A stretch of 64,000 nucleotides of DNA from Octopus vulgaris (lineage: Eukaryota), in contig OX597815.1 of the NCBI GenBank assembly GCA_951406725.2, forward strand, positions 205,034,001 through 205,098,000. Direction: 5' to 3'. Position numbers and translations under genes: made by a program. Of this stretch, positions 28,922-41,462 are shown one piece after another. The notes beneath the pieces were generated by a model, which was not told where the DNA came from, ran no database searches, and was given only the letters and a program-made list of their open reading frames with translations. Positions within the stretch are counted from its first letter, which is position 1. Every line of letters starts with the position of its first letter.

Positions 28922-29408
28922 GCGCGCGCGAATATAAAAAATAACACTGATATAATATCAGGACCCTGACTGCTAAGAATCTTTTTTCCAAAGCACGGAC
29001 TCTATAGTTCGGTTAAGACAACAAGTCTAGGGGACGGTAAACTCTGCAATTTAAGACTGAACACCTGGAAGTTCTTGATCCAGTCATTCTATATGTCACA
29101 CCAATGAAATTTTCTACGGTCGTTCTGTGTAATTTATGTCCACTCAAAATATATTCAACTGCACGCGTACTTTTTTTTATACAGTACAAGCTTAGTTAAC
29201 AGGTGTGTGTGTGTGTGTGTGAGTGTGTGTGTGTGAGTGTATGTGCGTGTGTGTGCGTGTGTGTGGTCACTAGTGTATCGACTTATGTTTCTTGACTGTT
29301 TCCTTCTAATGATGGGTCTTTGTGCCTGAAATATATAAAGGTTATTAAACGTTGTAAGAAGCTCACCGTTTCCACTATTTTGGTATTTTACTTTTCACAC
29401 ACACGCAC

Positions 29409-29469
<61 letters not shown>

Positions 29470-30659
29470 CTCTATATATTCTCCTCATTCCCTTTGTTTC
29501 TTTCCCTCATCTTCATTAACGTCTCCTGTTTTTGCCTCTTTCCTTCTGTTTCCCTCGGCGCTCACTTCTCTGAGCATCTGATTCTTGATCTCTCCTGCTC
29601 CTGTCTCTTTCCCTCCGTTCCATCAGACGCACAGCCCTTGCTTTCCCAGTCTCATCGATCCTTCTATTCGCATGCCTGTCCCGATCTTCGATAAATACTT
29701 CGTAAAGGACCCGTTTGTAGTTCGGTGTGAAATAATTTTTTCCATGGGTTTTTGTCGAGTGCATTCAACGTATCTCACCTCCAAACCAACCGCAAGCCAC
29801 TTTCTTCCGGAAAATAAAGGGGGAAGGGATGTTGGGGACCTTGGAGTTTCCCGGGAAACTGAGTTTCTCATCAATGGAGTTTTTTGTTATGTGGGTTTTT
29901 TTTTTCTTTTCCAGGTTATTTTGCATGCTTTCAACGTGTGTGACATCGAAATCACGTATAAAAGGGTGCTTTTCCCGCATAAAGGAAAGATTTAGCTGCT
30001 ATTTCTTGCACACCCTGCTACCACGTAACAGCTATTTCGGGTCCTTTATCGCAAATAGTTGTTACGTAGTAGCAGAGTGTACTAGAAGTAGCTGCCAAAT
30101 CTTTGGAAGTGAGATACGTTGAATGTACTTGAAAAAATCTTAAGGAAAAATAAAACATTTCACACCGAGGTTACGAACGGGTCTTTTACGAAATATTTAC
30201 CATATTTTTAAAGTCATTTTCACTTTAAAATATTTTAAAATATGCCAGAAAAATTTTTCTAAAGGTATTCACTTGAAAATAGTTTTTAAAAAAATTAAAA
30301 TATTGTCTGTTTAAAGAAAGCTAAAATATAAATACTGTACAAACAACTTACATTTTTGAAATCACATTCACTTAAAAATATTCCTAAATGATTAAAGTAT
30401 TGTGTTTAATATCATAATGTGTCTTTTAGGGTTAAGTTATTTTCGAAGTACTTTTTCAATATTTTGGGGTATTTATATGTTTTGGGTATTTATACCCCAC
30501 TCCCAACCTCCGATATCCCAACAACGAGTAGTCCGATTTACACGAAACTTGTTTTATTCCGTTTGTATTCACATTTCAGGGGAACCTTAATTCATAATAT
30601 TTTCCCATTATGCGCCAGTTTGGTTGAGTAACATTGCAAGCATGCAAGATTGAAGTTCA

Positions 30660-30998
30660 TTACTCTTTTACTTGTTTCAGTCATTTGACTGTGGCCATGC
30701 TGGAGCACCGCCTTTAATCGAGCAACTCGACCCCGGGACTTATTCTTTGTAAGCCCAGTACTTATTCTATCGGTCTCTTTTGCCGAACCGCTAAGTAACG
30801 GGGACAAACACACACCAGCATCGGTTGCAAAGCAATGCTAGGGGGATAAACACAGACACACAAACACGCACATACATATACGCACATATATACGACGGGT
30901 TTCTTTCAGTTTCCGTCTACCAAATCCACTCGCAAGGCTTTGGTCGGCCCGAGGCTATAGAAGAAGACACTTGCCCAAGGTGCCACGCAGAGGGACTA
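30660..30998 (-). mobile_element. SINE family B, 5'-truncated
   Basis: Reverse complement of the family B body and tail. Confidence 0.85.
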
Positions 30999-32552
30999 AT
31001 ATAATATAAATATATACACACACAACCGGATTAAATAAATCCATATACAGTGCATTAAATTTATATTTACGTGTGTGTGTGTGTGATTGCTTTGGTGCAA
31101 AAGCAGTACCTGCGGGATGATGGAAACTGATAAAAATGCATATGCATTTGTAACGTCGCCCACAGCTACTTTCTAGAATGATCTTAGAAGGAAAAAAAGA
31201 AGGTATGCTGAGCGAAGTAGAATGCTTGATGGATTTTTGAAAATACTAAAACTGTGTTGCTACTAGGAAATCTATTTAGTCATAGATAGAAGACGCTCCG
31301 CGCGTGTCTTATTACAAAGCTATGCAGCTATGTAAATATTAAAGTGTGTTATGGAAAATTTCCTATGATTAGTCCTGTCTTTTTCGTGACTGTTATACCT
31401 TGTGCGTGTCTCAGAGTACTACGTTCCACAATGGCGCACAAGTTACGTGCACGTGACCTTCTCGCGAAGTTTCTAGACCAGTGTCTGTGAATCCACAGCA
31501 TTACACCATAACCAAAGTCGTGCATATAAAAATTTCTCTCTGTGGTGATTGACATATTTGTATTTCCCTATTTGGGCAGTTTAATTATTGATAAAGCCGT
31601 CCGAGCAGCGAGAGAAGCCTAAACACTACAATCCGTTGTTTTACTCTCCATTTTCATAAACTTCCCGTATAAGGGAGGAAAGCATGTTATAATTATATAT
31701 AATAGTTTATTTGTTTTCTTCCTTATCTCAAAAGTATTATTATAGGGTGACTGAAGATGTCATGTTTTCATTCATTTAATATTTAAAATATTTAGCATTT
31801 CCTACTTGAAATATATCTAAAATATTTAATCTTTTCTGCTTAAAATATACCTAAAATATTTAATATTTCCATGGGCCATCCATTTCTGTGCGTCGAATGT
31901 CTCCAACATGGAATAATAGAGCAGTTGATAGTAAGCTAAATAATCATGTTATTCAGGGAAATAATTTCATTTTGAATTTAGGAGATAAGAGGAAGAAGAA
32001 ACACAAACGAAATAGAAACAGAAATTCAAAAAAATAATAATAATTTACCACAGAATCATAAATTTCTTGACTGCATAAGTGATGTAGATAAATTATTTAA
32101 TGACTCCTTCAGGGAATCAAAACGGGTCCGTTGTTTGGGCTCCTTATGAAATACTACTCGCCCGCTTTTTGCCTCTTATCTTTGTTCTATAAATCTCTAA
32201 TAAAATCTACTTCTTGGAACTAGGTACTAGAATAATTTTGACAATGGAATACGGTAACCTGTTTCGGAAACTTATTTTGCTGGTACTTCATTTACAGACT
32301 TCCGAGAGGAGAGATCGTTTCATGTAAAGTTACTCTCACACAAGACTAAATACATTGAAATATTGGTTTCAAATTTTGGTCCAAGGCCATCAATTTCGGT
32401 TGAGGAGTAAGTCGATTACATCGACCCCAGTGATCAATTGGTATACATTTTATCTACCTCGAAAGGACGCAAGGCAAAGTCGAATTTGAGCTCAGAACAT
32501 AAAGACGGACTAAACGCCGCTAAGCATTTTGCACGACGTGCTTAACGATTCT

Positions 32553-33030
32553 TATTTCTTTACTGCCCACAAGGGGCTAAGCATAGAGGGGACAAACAAG
32601 GACAGACAAAGGGATAAAGTTAATTAGATCGACCCCAGTGCATAACTGGTAATTTATTTATCGACCCCGAAAGGATGAAAGACAAAGTCAACCTCGACGG
32701 AATTTGAACTCAGAACGTAGCGACAGACGAAATACTGCTAAGCATTTCGCCCGGCGCGCTAACGTGTCTGCCAGCTCGCCGCCTTGTTAAATATTGTAAT
32801 ATATTAAGTGCTGTAAGGCGACGAGCTGGCAGAAACGTTAGCACGCCGGGCGAAATGCTTAGTGTTATTTCGTCTCCCTTTACGTTCTGAGTTTCAAATT
32901 CCGCCGAGGTCGAGTTTGTCTTTCATCTTTTCGGGGTCGGTAAATTAAGTACAAGTTGCGTACTGGAGTCGTTCAAGTCGACAGTCCCTCTCCCCCAAAA
33001 TTTCGGGCCTTGTGCTCTAGAGTAGAAAAG
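32553..33030. mobile_element. Two family A SINEs head-to-head (32553-32783 minus; 32817-33030 plus)
   Basis: CTGCCAGCTCGCCGCC...GGCGACGAGCTGGCAG separated by ~33 bp. Confidence 0.85.
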
Positions 33031-33308
33031 TATATATTAGGTACTCTGTTCTACAGTATGTATCATCAGATTAGTACACTGCTTATACCTCCTCAATTAT
33101 TATGCTCCACAGTCGAAATATATAGCTGGTATATGCCATTTGAAACACATGACGTTATCGAATGTACGATAGAGTGCTCTCTTGACGTGTTTGTTTTTAT
33201 ATAAATAATGCTAAGTCAACGAGGGAACCTCTACGTAGTCGCTCGGTCTGTGAAAGATAACAGTTAATCTTCCTCAAATCATTACTCACGCACATTAAGC
33301 AGAGGTTC

Positions 33309-33359
<51 letters not shown>

Positions 33360-33559
33360 ACAGATGACAATCGCTAAGACCCCTTTTATCATAGATCTGA
33401 CTGATCAGGGTAACATGGGATTAGATAACAGAAACGTACACAATGCGACAGGTGTGCCAACAAAATATGCATTGTACCCATGCAGTATGTCTGTACATAT
33501 AGAAAACCAAAAACATCAGGATGTAAACAAAAATGAAATTTTTAAAATGATTCTCCGTC

Positions 33560-33858
33560 AGCTACGACGATGAGAGTTTCAGTTGATCCGACCAACAGAA
33601 CAGCCTGCTCGTGAAATTAACGTGCAAATAGCTGAACACACCACAGACACGCTTACCCTTAACGTAGTTCTCAGGGGGATTCAGCATGATACAGAAAGGT
33701 TGGCCCTTTTGAAATACGGGTACAACTCATTTTTCAGCTGAGTGGACGGGAGCAACGTGAAATAAAGTGTCTTGCTCAAGGACACAACGCGTCACCAGGA
33801 ATTGAACTCACGTTCTTGCGCTCATGAGATGATTACCCTAACCACCAAGCCACACGCT
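33560..33858 (-). mobile_element. SINE sharing the family C tail but with a different head/core
   Basis: Tail CAGCCTGCTCGTGAAATTAACGTG matches family C; core GAAATAAAGTGTCTTGCTCAAG is shared with 59141-59420. Confidence 0.7.
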
Positions 33859-34089
33859 TTTATGAAATTTTAAAATACTAATTTAATTATTCCTGTGTAG
33901 CTGTTGTAGCCAGCAAAAGTCTAATTCTTGCTGCGGTATGGGGGGGGGCTCATGTGCTTCAAAGACCCCGAGAACTAGGCCAGTGAAGTCTACAGGTAAA
34001 AATGGTTTTGCGTAGGGTCATCTACCTAGTAAAAAGCAAAGTTACAGAAGGCTCGATGACAATTCAAAAACCAACAAGACCTGGGAGAA

Positions 34090-34275
34090 GAAAGCCTTGC
34101 CCTCAGGAAGACAAATAAACCGTCAAGGGAGGCAGAAGTGGAGGTGCATAAAAATAGGTGGAGACGGAATGCTGGAGCAGAACTGAAAGAGCACGGGTCC
34201 AACCGGAGAGAAGCTGGAAGGGCAGCCCTGAGTAGAGAGCATTGGAGAAAAGTCGTGGGTGATCTGTGTTCTATA
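34090..34275 (+). pseudogene. RTE-clade LINE extreme 3' remnant
   Basis: KNRWRRNAGAELKEHG...AALSREHWRKVVGDLCS resembles the RTE C-terminal W....A.DR..WR..V..LC pattern. Confidence 0.65.
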
Positions 34276-35249
34276 GTAATGGTTCCCAAACCTTTTCGGG
34301 CGGCCACCCACTTGGTACCCAAACCACATTCCTAGCGTCACCCTCCTCATTCACCACCACAAACATAGACCACTTTCAGCATCAAATTCAAAACAATTGT
34401 TTTTTCACAAATAAAACTTAACCTAAAAACCTCATTATTTTGTTGCTTTTACATCCATCACCTGCCCTCTTTGGCCACCCTGTTACCGCCCCCACTGTTC
34501 TTCAGCACCCACTGGATCTTTTCACCGCCACCAGAGGGGCGAGAAGGACTAACGTAAATACATGAATTGTTACATATGAGCATACTTGCCAGAGGGTTGC
34601 ACCAAAGCTGACTGAGTTGTACATGCATCTCGTGTTAAATAGTATAATAATAGAGGAAATATAGAAGTAAAAAGGTAAATAAAAGGAAAAACTGTATTCA
34701 TAATTCTTAATGTTGTCTGAGTTCGAATTACACCGAGGGTGATTAAAGTTTCATAGTTTCGAATTCATAAAGTGTCGATCAAATACTGGAGTTTATTATA
34801 ATTAACTTAATCCGCTCACTAAATACGTTGTGTTATGATGAATTCTCATTCGATTTCGACCAAGTACGCTGAATCGTTCGATCAGCTGAATGTCGGACTC
34901 ATTAAAATAACGTTTAAATGGTTGAGTATTCCGCGCTCATGTGTATCCTAAACGCAATTCCCAAACCGATATCAGTATGATATAAATATATGACCAAACA
35001 AGTCCTTTCAGTTACATATACAGTCTGTCCGAGACAGAGTTTCCTACAGCTTTCATCCAATTGTTTCACTCACAAAGCTTATGTCGACCTGCGGCTCTTG
35101 TAAAGATATTTTCCCCAAGATGCTCTTGCAGAGGGATCGAACGCAGAATCTCATCGCAAAGCGAACATCCGAACTACTCCGCCATCACCGAGTACTGACA
35201 TGGCAGTACATATCTAAGAAATTGCAATTTGATTGCTACTAATCATTTG

Positions 35250-35625
35250 CTTAGCGGTATTTCGTCTGCGTTACGTTGTGAGTTCAAATTCCGCCGAGGT
35301 CGACTTTGCCTTTCATCCTTTCGGGGTCGATAAATTAAGTACCAGTTACGCACTGGGGTCGATGTAATCGACTTAATACCTATGTCTGTCCTTGTTTGTC
35401 CCCTCTGTGTTTAGCCCTTGTGGGTAATAAAGAAATAGGTATTTCGTCTGCCGTTACGTTCTGATTTCAAATTCCACCGAGGTTGACTTTGCATTTCATC
35501 TTTTCGGGGTCGATAACTTAAGTACCAGCTACGCACTGGGGTCGATGTAATCAACTTAATCCCTTTGTCTGTTCTTGTCTGTCCCCTCTATGTATGTTTG
35601 GCCCCTTTTGGGCAGTAAAGAAATA
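35250..35625 (+). mobile_element. Family A SINE tandem dimer
   Basis: Two bodies with the same junction as the 7427 array; 12-bp TSD ACTAATCATTTG (35238-35249, 35626-35637). Confidence 0.9.
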
Positions 35626-36076
35626 ACTAATCATTTGTGTTAATTAATGATTGACAGTATTTAGACATATACATTTTCTCTTTCAATTAAAAAATATACA
35701 GCCATTCACATTAGATTTATTTGTCATCCCACGCCATGACTAAATGCACCACGTGCGTTTTAAACGACTCACATTACAGATTATTTGGCTCAGGCGAGGA
35801 TTTGGTTGTTATCGTTACCACGTGAGTAGAGACTAAGGTTTTTAAGGTATTTTGGACAGATCAGATAGTCTGCTTCCTTGTTTATGTATTGGGGAAGATC
35901 AAAAAGATATGATACACACACACACACATACAACACACACACACACAACACACGCACAAAACAAACACACACATAAATACACGCGCACGCACACACACAT
36001 ACATGCATAATTACATATACACACATGCATATATATATACGTATGTATGTATATATATATATATATATATGTGTGG

Positions 36077-36120
<44 letters not shown>

Positions 36121-36121
36121 C

Positions 36122-36204
<83 letters not shown>

Positions 36205-36327
36205 TAATATATATATATATATACACACACACATATATATATATATATACATATATAAATACATATACATATATATATGTATATATATATATATGTATGC
36301 ATATATATATGTATGTATATATATATA

Positions 36328-36392
<65 letters not shown>

Positions 36393-36540
36393 CCCTTTCA
36401 TTGCAATGCTTCCCTTACTATACACTCGTTACTCCCCTTCCCGCATTATTTATCCGACGAGAGAGGAAGAGCTTAGCAAGATAATCTATTGAGGTTTTTC
36501 TGTAGAATTAAAAAATCACTTTTAAATCAGTGAATGCCCT

Positions 36541-36579
<39 letters not shown>

Positions 36580-36761
36580 TAAATGATAGGTATGTGTGTA
36601 TGTATGTCTTTATGTATAGTGTATTTGTGCATATGTGTGTGTGTGTGTGTGTTTGTGTGCGTGTATATAAAATGAAGAGACGAAGACAAAAAAATTTCTC
36701 ATATTTCCTTGAGACAGAAAGCAGCTGATAGTTGTGTAATGATTAATATTTCATGATAGTA

Positions 36762-37159
36762 CTAGCATTATCGCCCGGCGTTGCTCGGGTTTGTAAGGGA
36801 AATAACTATATAAGCATTTTTAGAGAGTTATAGCCAAAATATAGCCAAAAAATGCATTAAAATGGAAAAAAAATTATGGTAAATTTTTTTTAATCGTTGA
36901 CTCATCGTAGACATTTTTAGAGAGTTACTTCCCTTATATAATAGCGAAAAAAATGCATTAAAATGGAAAAAAATGATGGTAAATTTTTTTTAAATCGTAG
37001 ACTCATCGTAGACGCGCGCTAATACCCAGAAGGGCTCGATATGACTCACGACTATAAGATACCCGGTTTTGGTTAAACTGCACCGCAAAATGTGGGAGTA
37101 GTTAGGAATCTAAATCGTAGGGGACAGAGAGCACACAACCTTACTTTTATATATAAAGA
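36762..37159 (-). mobile_element. Non-autonomous Helitron (same family as 14155)
   Basis: TC start, CCCGAGCAACGCCGGG hairpin plus CTAG end, A|T target. Confidence 0.85.
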
Positions 37160-38187
37160 TATATATTTCTTTACTACCCACAAGGGGCTAAACACAGAGA
37201 GGACAAACAAACGGATTAAGTCGATAATATCGACCCCAGTGTGTAACTGGTACTTATTTAATCGACCCCGAAAGGATGAAAGGTAAAGTCGACCTCGGCG
37301 GAATTTGAACTCACAACGTAGCGGCAGACGAAATACGGCTAAGCATTTCGCCCGGCATGCTAAAGTCTCTGCCAGCTCGCCGCCTTATATAGATATAGAT
37401 TTCCCAGTCGATTTGAAATAAAGTTCTGGACATAATGATAAATAACCAAAGTTGTAACTTTTGGTTTTTCCAAAATACTTATTCTAAAATTAAGACAAAT
37501 GTAGAGCGATCACGAGCCAATTGTTGAACAATTGCTCTTCCTTTACTTAGACATCCGACCTTGACAACAACTTACCACTTTTCTAACAATACACAAACCA
37601 GAGAGACTAAAATAAGGAAGGACTCGAGATCGCCCGCATTGAGCCGAAGACCGTTCCCAAACCACCACCCCCTCACGAAAATAACAATAAATTAGTGAAA
37701 ATTATCTGCCCCCACCCCCAGCCACCCAACCACATATCAAATATAAGATATTGCCCATCTTCCTCTTCATAAATTGATAAGACAACACAGTTTGTATCCA
37801 TATCATTTTTCTTTCGACAAATGTAAAAGATTAACACTATCTTAATGGTGGCAGTTTATCCGCTCCCTTTTCAGTCATCACGAGCCTTCCTTTCCCGCTC
37901 CTCCACCCCACCACCCCGCTTCAGAAGAAACATTGCTCTAGTTCAATGGTTCTCAACAGGGATCCATATGGCCCTTTGTGGTGGTAGTGGGGAGGCATAT
38001 AAGATCTTGTTGTTAAAATTTATCTCCGCAGGAGAGGCTGTGTGGTAAGTAACTTGCTTACCAACCACATGGTTCCAGATTCAGTCCAACCGCGTGGAAC
38101 CTTGGGCAAGTGTCTTCTTCTATAGCCTCGGACCGACCAAAGCCTTGTGAGTGGACTTGGTAGACGGAAACTGAAAATAAGTCCATC

Positions 38188-38218
<31 letters not shown>

Positions 38219-38224
<6 letters not shown>

Positions 38225-38552
38225 CAAAGAGGGTCTTTGCAACACGTTGCTAGACCACATACCGAAAGTATTAGAAATAGCAGCCAGAGGACTGCTATTT
38301 CCTTTACTACAAAAATATGTCTCCACAGACAACAGCATTTATGTAACTCATTATGTGGCAAAAAACGAAGAAAAGCAACGAAATCAAACAGTCCACGTTT
38401 TTCTTCGTTTTTTGCCACATAATGAGTTACAAATACTGTTGTCTGTGGAGACATATTTTTGTAGTAAAAGAAATAACAGTCCTCTGGCTGCTATTTCTAA
38501 TACTTTCGGTACGTGGTCTAGCAACTTGTTGCAAAGACCCTCTTTGTTATAA
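38219..38552. mobile_element. Foldback element / MITE, near-perfect palindrome
   Basis: Arms of ~156 bp (TTATAACAAAGAGGGTCTTTGC...GCAAAGACCCTCTTTGTTATAA) around a ~23-bp spacer. Confidence 0.9.
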
Positions 38553-38648
38553 TTATATAAACTTTTACCTAAATATGGTCCTTTTCATACCGAAATACTA
38601 CTTGGGAAATTTGTTGATTTTATTAAATTAATTATATTTCACCCTTTA

Positions 38649-38700
<52 letters not shown>

Positions 38701-38703
<3 letters not shown>

Positions 38704-39493
38704 GTACAGGACGTCACCAGATGTGTAAACAAACTGAAGTACGAAAACAAACAAGTTAAAATACGCAAACGACGAGAGAAAATAGAAAACAGGACACGTA
38801 AACGGGGAACGACCCTTCATCAGTTGTCGGCTGTCTATCTACTCCTCATTTCGAGCATTCATCGACAATATGAGTCTTCAAAAACAGTTCCTCCCATAAA
38901 TTCCAAAAACAAATTTTGGATTTATGGAGGGTCAGTGTTGGGAACAAAAACAGGACAGTGGAGAAATACAAGGAAACCGAATGAAAACAAGCATGGAGGG
39001 TCGTTAGACCAGAACGAGACGAAAATAGTGAATGCTGGGAGAAATATTTTCTTTAAAAAGAGAAAAGATAGAAGAGAGAGAAAGAAAACCTCCAGTCCTT
39101 AGAACGTCGTGCAGGAAAGAAAGATGGTCACGTGAGGAAAAGAAAGATGGACGATGGCCACATGTGAGCAAGAGAGAGAGAAAAAGAGAAAGAGGGGGAT
39201 AGAGAGAGAGACAGACAGACAGATAGAAAACGGTGAAGGAAAGAAAAAGAGAATTAGAGAGCGATAGGGGAAGTAAACAGTATAGAGTAGAGTCGCATCA
39301 ATAAGGTTGAGATAAAGTTACTAGGAAATGGATGCGTGGCGTTCGAGGAGTCGATAGACAGACGACAACTGATGAAGGGTCGTTCTCTGTTTACTTGTCC
39401 TGTTTTCCATTTTTCTCTCTCGTTGTTTGCGTATTTAACTCGTTTGTTTTCGTATTTCATATTGTTTACACAGTTGGTGACGTCCTGTACCCA
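38701..39493. mobile_element. Penelope-like non-coding element with inverted terminal repeats (38701-38847 / 39345-39493), flanked by (TA)n
   Basis: TGGGTACAGGACGTCACC...GGTGACGTCCTGTACCCA; diverged ~147-bp inverted arms; hammerhead motif overlapping the left arm. Confidence 0.75.
38807..38874 (-). ncRNA. Hammerhead ribozyme, non-circularly permuted
   Basis: CUCAU-A-UUGUCG-au-GAAUGCUC-GAA-AUGAG-(15 nt)-CGACAA-CUGAUGA-A-GGGUCGUUC. Stem III CUCAU/AUGAG and stem I UUGUCG/CGACAA are perfect. Confidence 0.8.
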
Positions 39494-39497
39494 TATA

Positions 39498-39588
<91 letters not shown>

Positions 39589-39592
<4 letters not shown>

Positions 39593-40406
39593 TTTTTATA
39601 TATAAAGAACGTGAAATACAGGAAGTGACAAACACGGAACACAGACAAATCATTCGAAGCCTTCAATCTTCAGTCAGACACCGAATCATCATAGCAAATT
39701 TCGGCTGTTCAATTCTGATATTTGCTCCAACTCGGCCAGCCCCAAGAAAAAAAACTAAGCTGTAAGCATTAGATTTCTTGGTAGAAGACAAGAATGTAAA
39801 CGCACGAGACGGATGTAAATACGAGAGACGAAAACGAAATTGAAAACGGTAATGGTTAAACAAAATATAACGGTGGTTGTCTTACGACTTTAGACCAAAT
39901 GAGACAAAAACAACAACAACATGGCAGCAGGCGTAGAAATAATTACCTTTTCGGTAGAGGGGACACATACACATGTTGGCGAGATACGATCGCCAACGGA
40001 ATGGTTGAGAAGCAGCAGGTTGCAGGGGAGAGAGAGAAAGAGAGACAGAGAGAGAGGGAATCAAAGAGGGTGGAAGGCAGGGGATAGAATCAGTCAGTGA
40101 CCAAGAGAAAAAGAGAAAGAAGGGATTGAGGAGGATGGGAGGAAGAGGGGGAAGAAACGAGGGCGCCAAAATAGTTTGGTCAAGAAGCAATGATGGATAG
40201 GAAAGTATAGATGTCGTGCAGAGTTTAAAATTGTGATAAACAAACGGGGGGGGGGTGCACGTAACGCCGCAATAATATAGGGATAAATTTTTTATATGTA
40301 AAGAACGTGAAATACAGGAAGGGACAAACACGGAACACAGACAAATCATTCGAAGCCTTCAATCTTCAGTCAGACACCGAATCATCATAGCAAATTTCGG
40401 CTGTTC
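39589..40406 (-). mobile_element. Penelope-like non-coding element with partial direct terminal repeats (39589-39710 / 40285-40406)
   Basis: Near-identical ~122-bp direct repeat at offset 696; the left copy continues into a complete hammerhead. Confidence 0.75.
39658..39726 (-). ncRNA. Hammerhead ribozyme, non-circularly permuted, 5-nt insert after A9
   Basis: AGCAAAU-A-UCAGA-(7)-AGCC-GAA-AUUUGCU-(14)-UCUGA-CUGAAGA-uugaa-GGCU. Stems III (7 bp), I (5 bp) and II (4 bp) are all Watson-Crick. Confidence 0.75.
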
Positions 40407-40472
40407 GTATGTATGTATGTATGTATGTATGTATGTATGTATGTATGTATGTATGTGTATATGACGCCATGA

Positions 40473-40661
40473 TAGATCGTTAGCTCCTACACGCATTTTT
40501 CTCTCCTTGTTTCTTTTCTGTGTATCTTTCTGTCGAAGAGCGTAGGCTCGAAACGTAAAAGACTTGTTCTATTTCTATTCCTGAGCGCCATACTAATACA
40601 ATTGTTTGTTTGTACTCCACCTGCCTTCGTCTTTTGTTTATTTTCGTAAACCTTCCCGTTA

Positions 40662-40700
<39 letters not shown>

Positions 40701-40738
40701 CGGGAAGGTTTTGTTTATTTTCGTAAACCTTCCCGTTA

Positions 40739-40789
<51 letters not shown>

Positions 40790-40977
40790 CGGGAAGGTTT
40801 ACGAAAATAAACAAAAGACGAAGGCAGGTGGAGTACAAACAAACAAATGTATTAGTATGGCGCTCAGGAATAGAAATAGAACAAGTCTTTTACGTTTCGA
40901 GCCTACGCTCTTCGACAGAAAGATACACAGAAAAGAAACAAGGAGAGAAAAAAATGCGTGTAGGAGCTAACGATCTA
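40473..40977. mobile_element. Two H1 elements tail-to-tail (40473-40660 plus; 40788-40977 minus), each with a minimal hammerhead (40525-40562; 40886-40923)
   Basis: Near-perfect inverted ~190-bp arms converging on (TA)n with a small internal foldback at 40698-40738. Confidence 0.88.
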
Positions 40978-41160
40978 TCATACATACATACATACATACA
41001 TACATACATACATACATACATACATACATACATACATACATACATACATACATACATACATACATACATACATACATACATACATACATACATACATACG
41101 TATGTATGTATGTATGTATGTATGTATGTATGTATGTATGTATGTATGTATGTATGTATG

Positions 41161-41191
<31 letters not shown>

Positions 41192-41462
41192 TGGACACAA
41201 GTCCTTCTGTCGAACAAAACTAATGATTAAAGAAAAACAATATAATGTCTCAAAGCAGAAAATATACTTTAGACAATGCAGATCTTGATAAAGGAAAATG
41301 TGCGATAGCCACTGTTGGAACGTATCTAACTGTATATATGACCGTTCAGAAATAACTTGAGCGCTACACTAGTGGTACACTAACAGCTGTGCTGTAGTGG
41401 CATTGACGAAATATACCAACTCCAACATCTGAAGAAAGTCGCTCACTATCACTAACTGAAGG

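Noticed and set aside
29585-30122. Several overlapping 70-136-aa ORFs
   Set aside because: No recognisable domain in any frame.
40350-40406. Additional complete permuted hammerhead
   Set aside because: Strand C is missing; treated as the truncated repeat of the 39658 motif.
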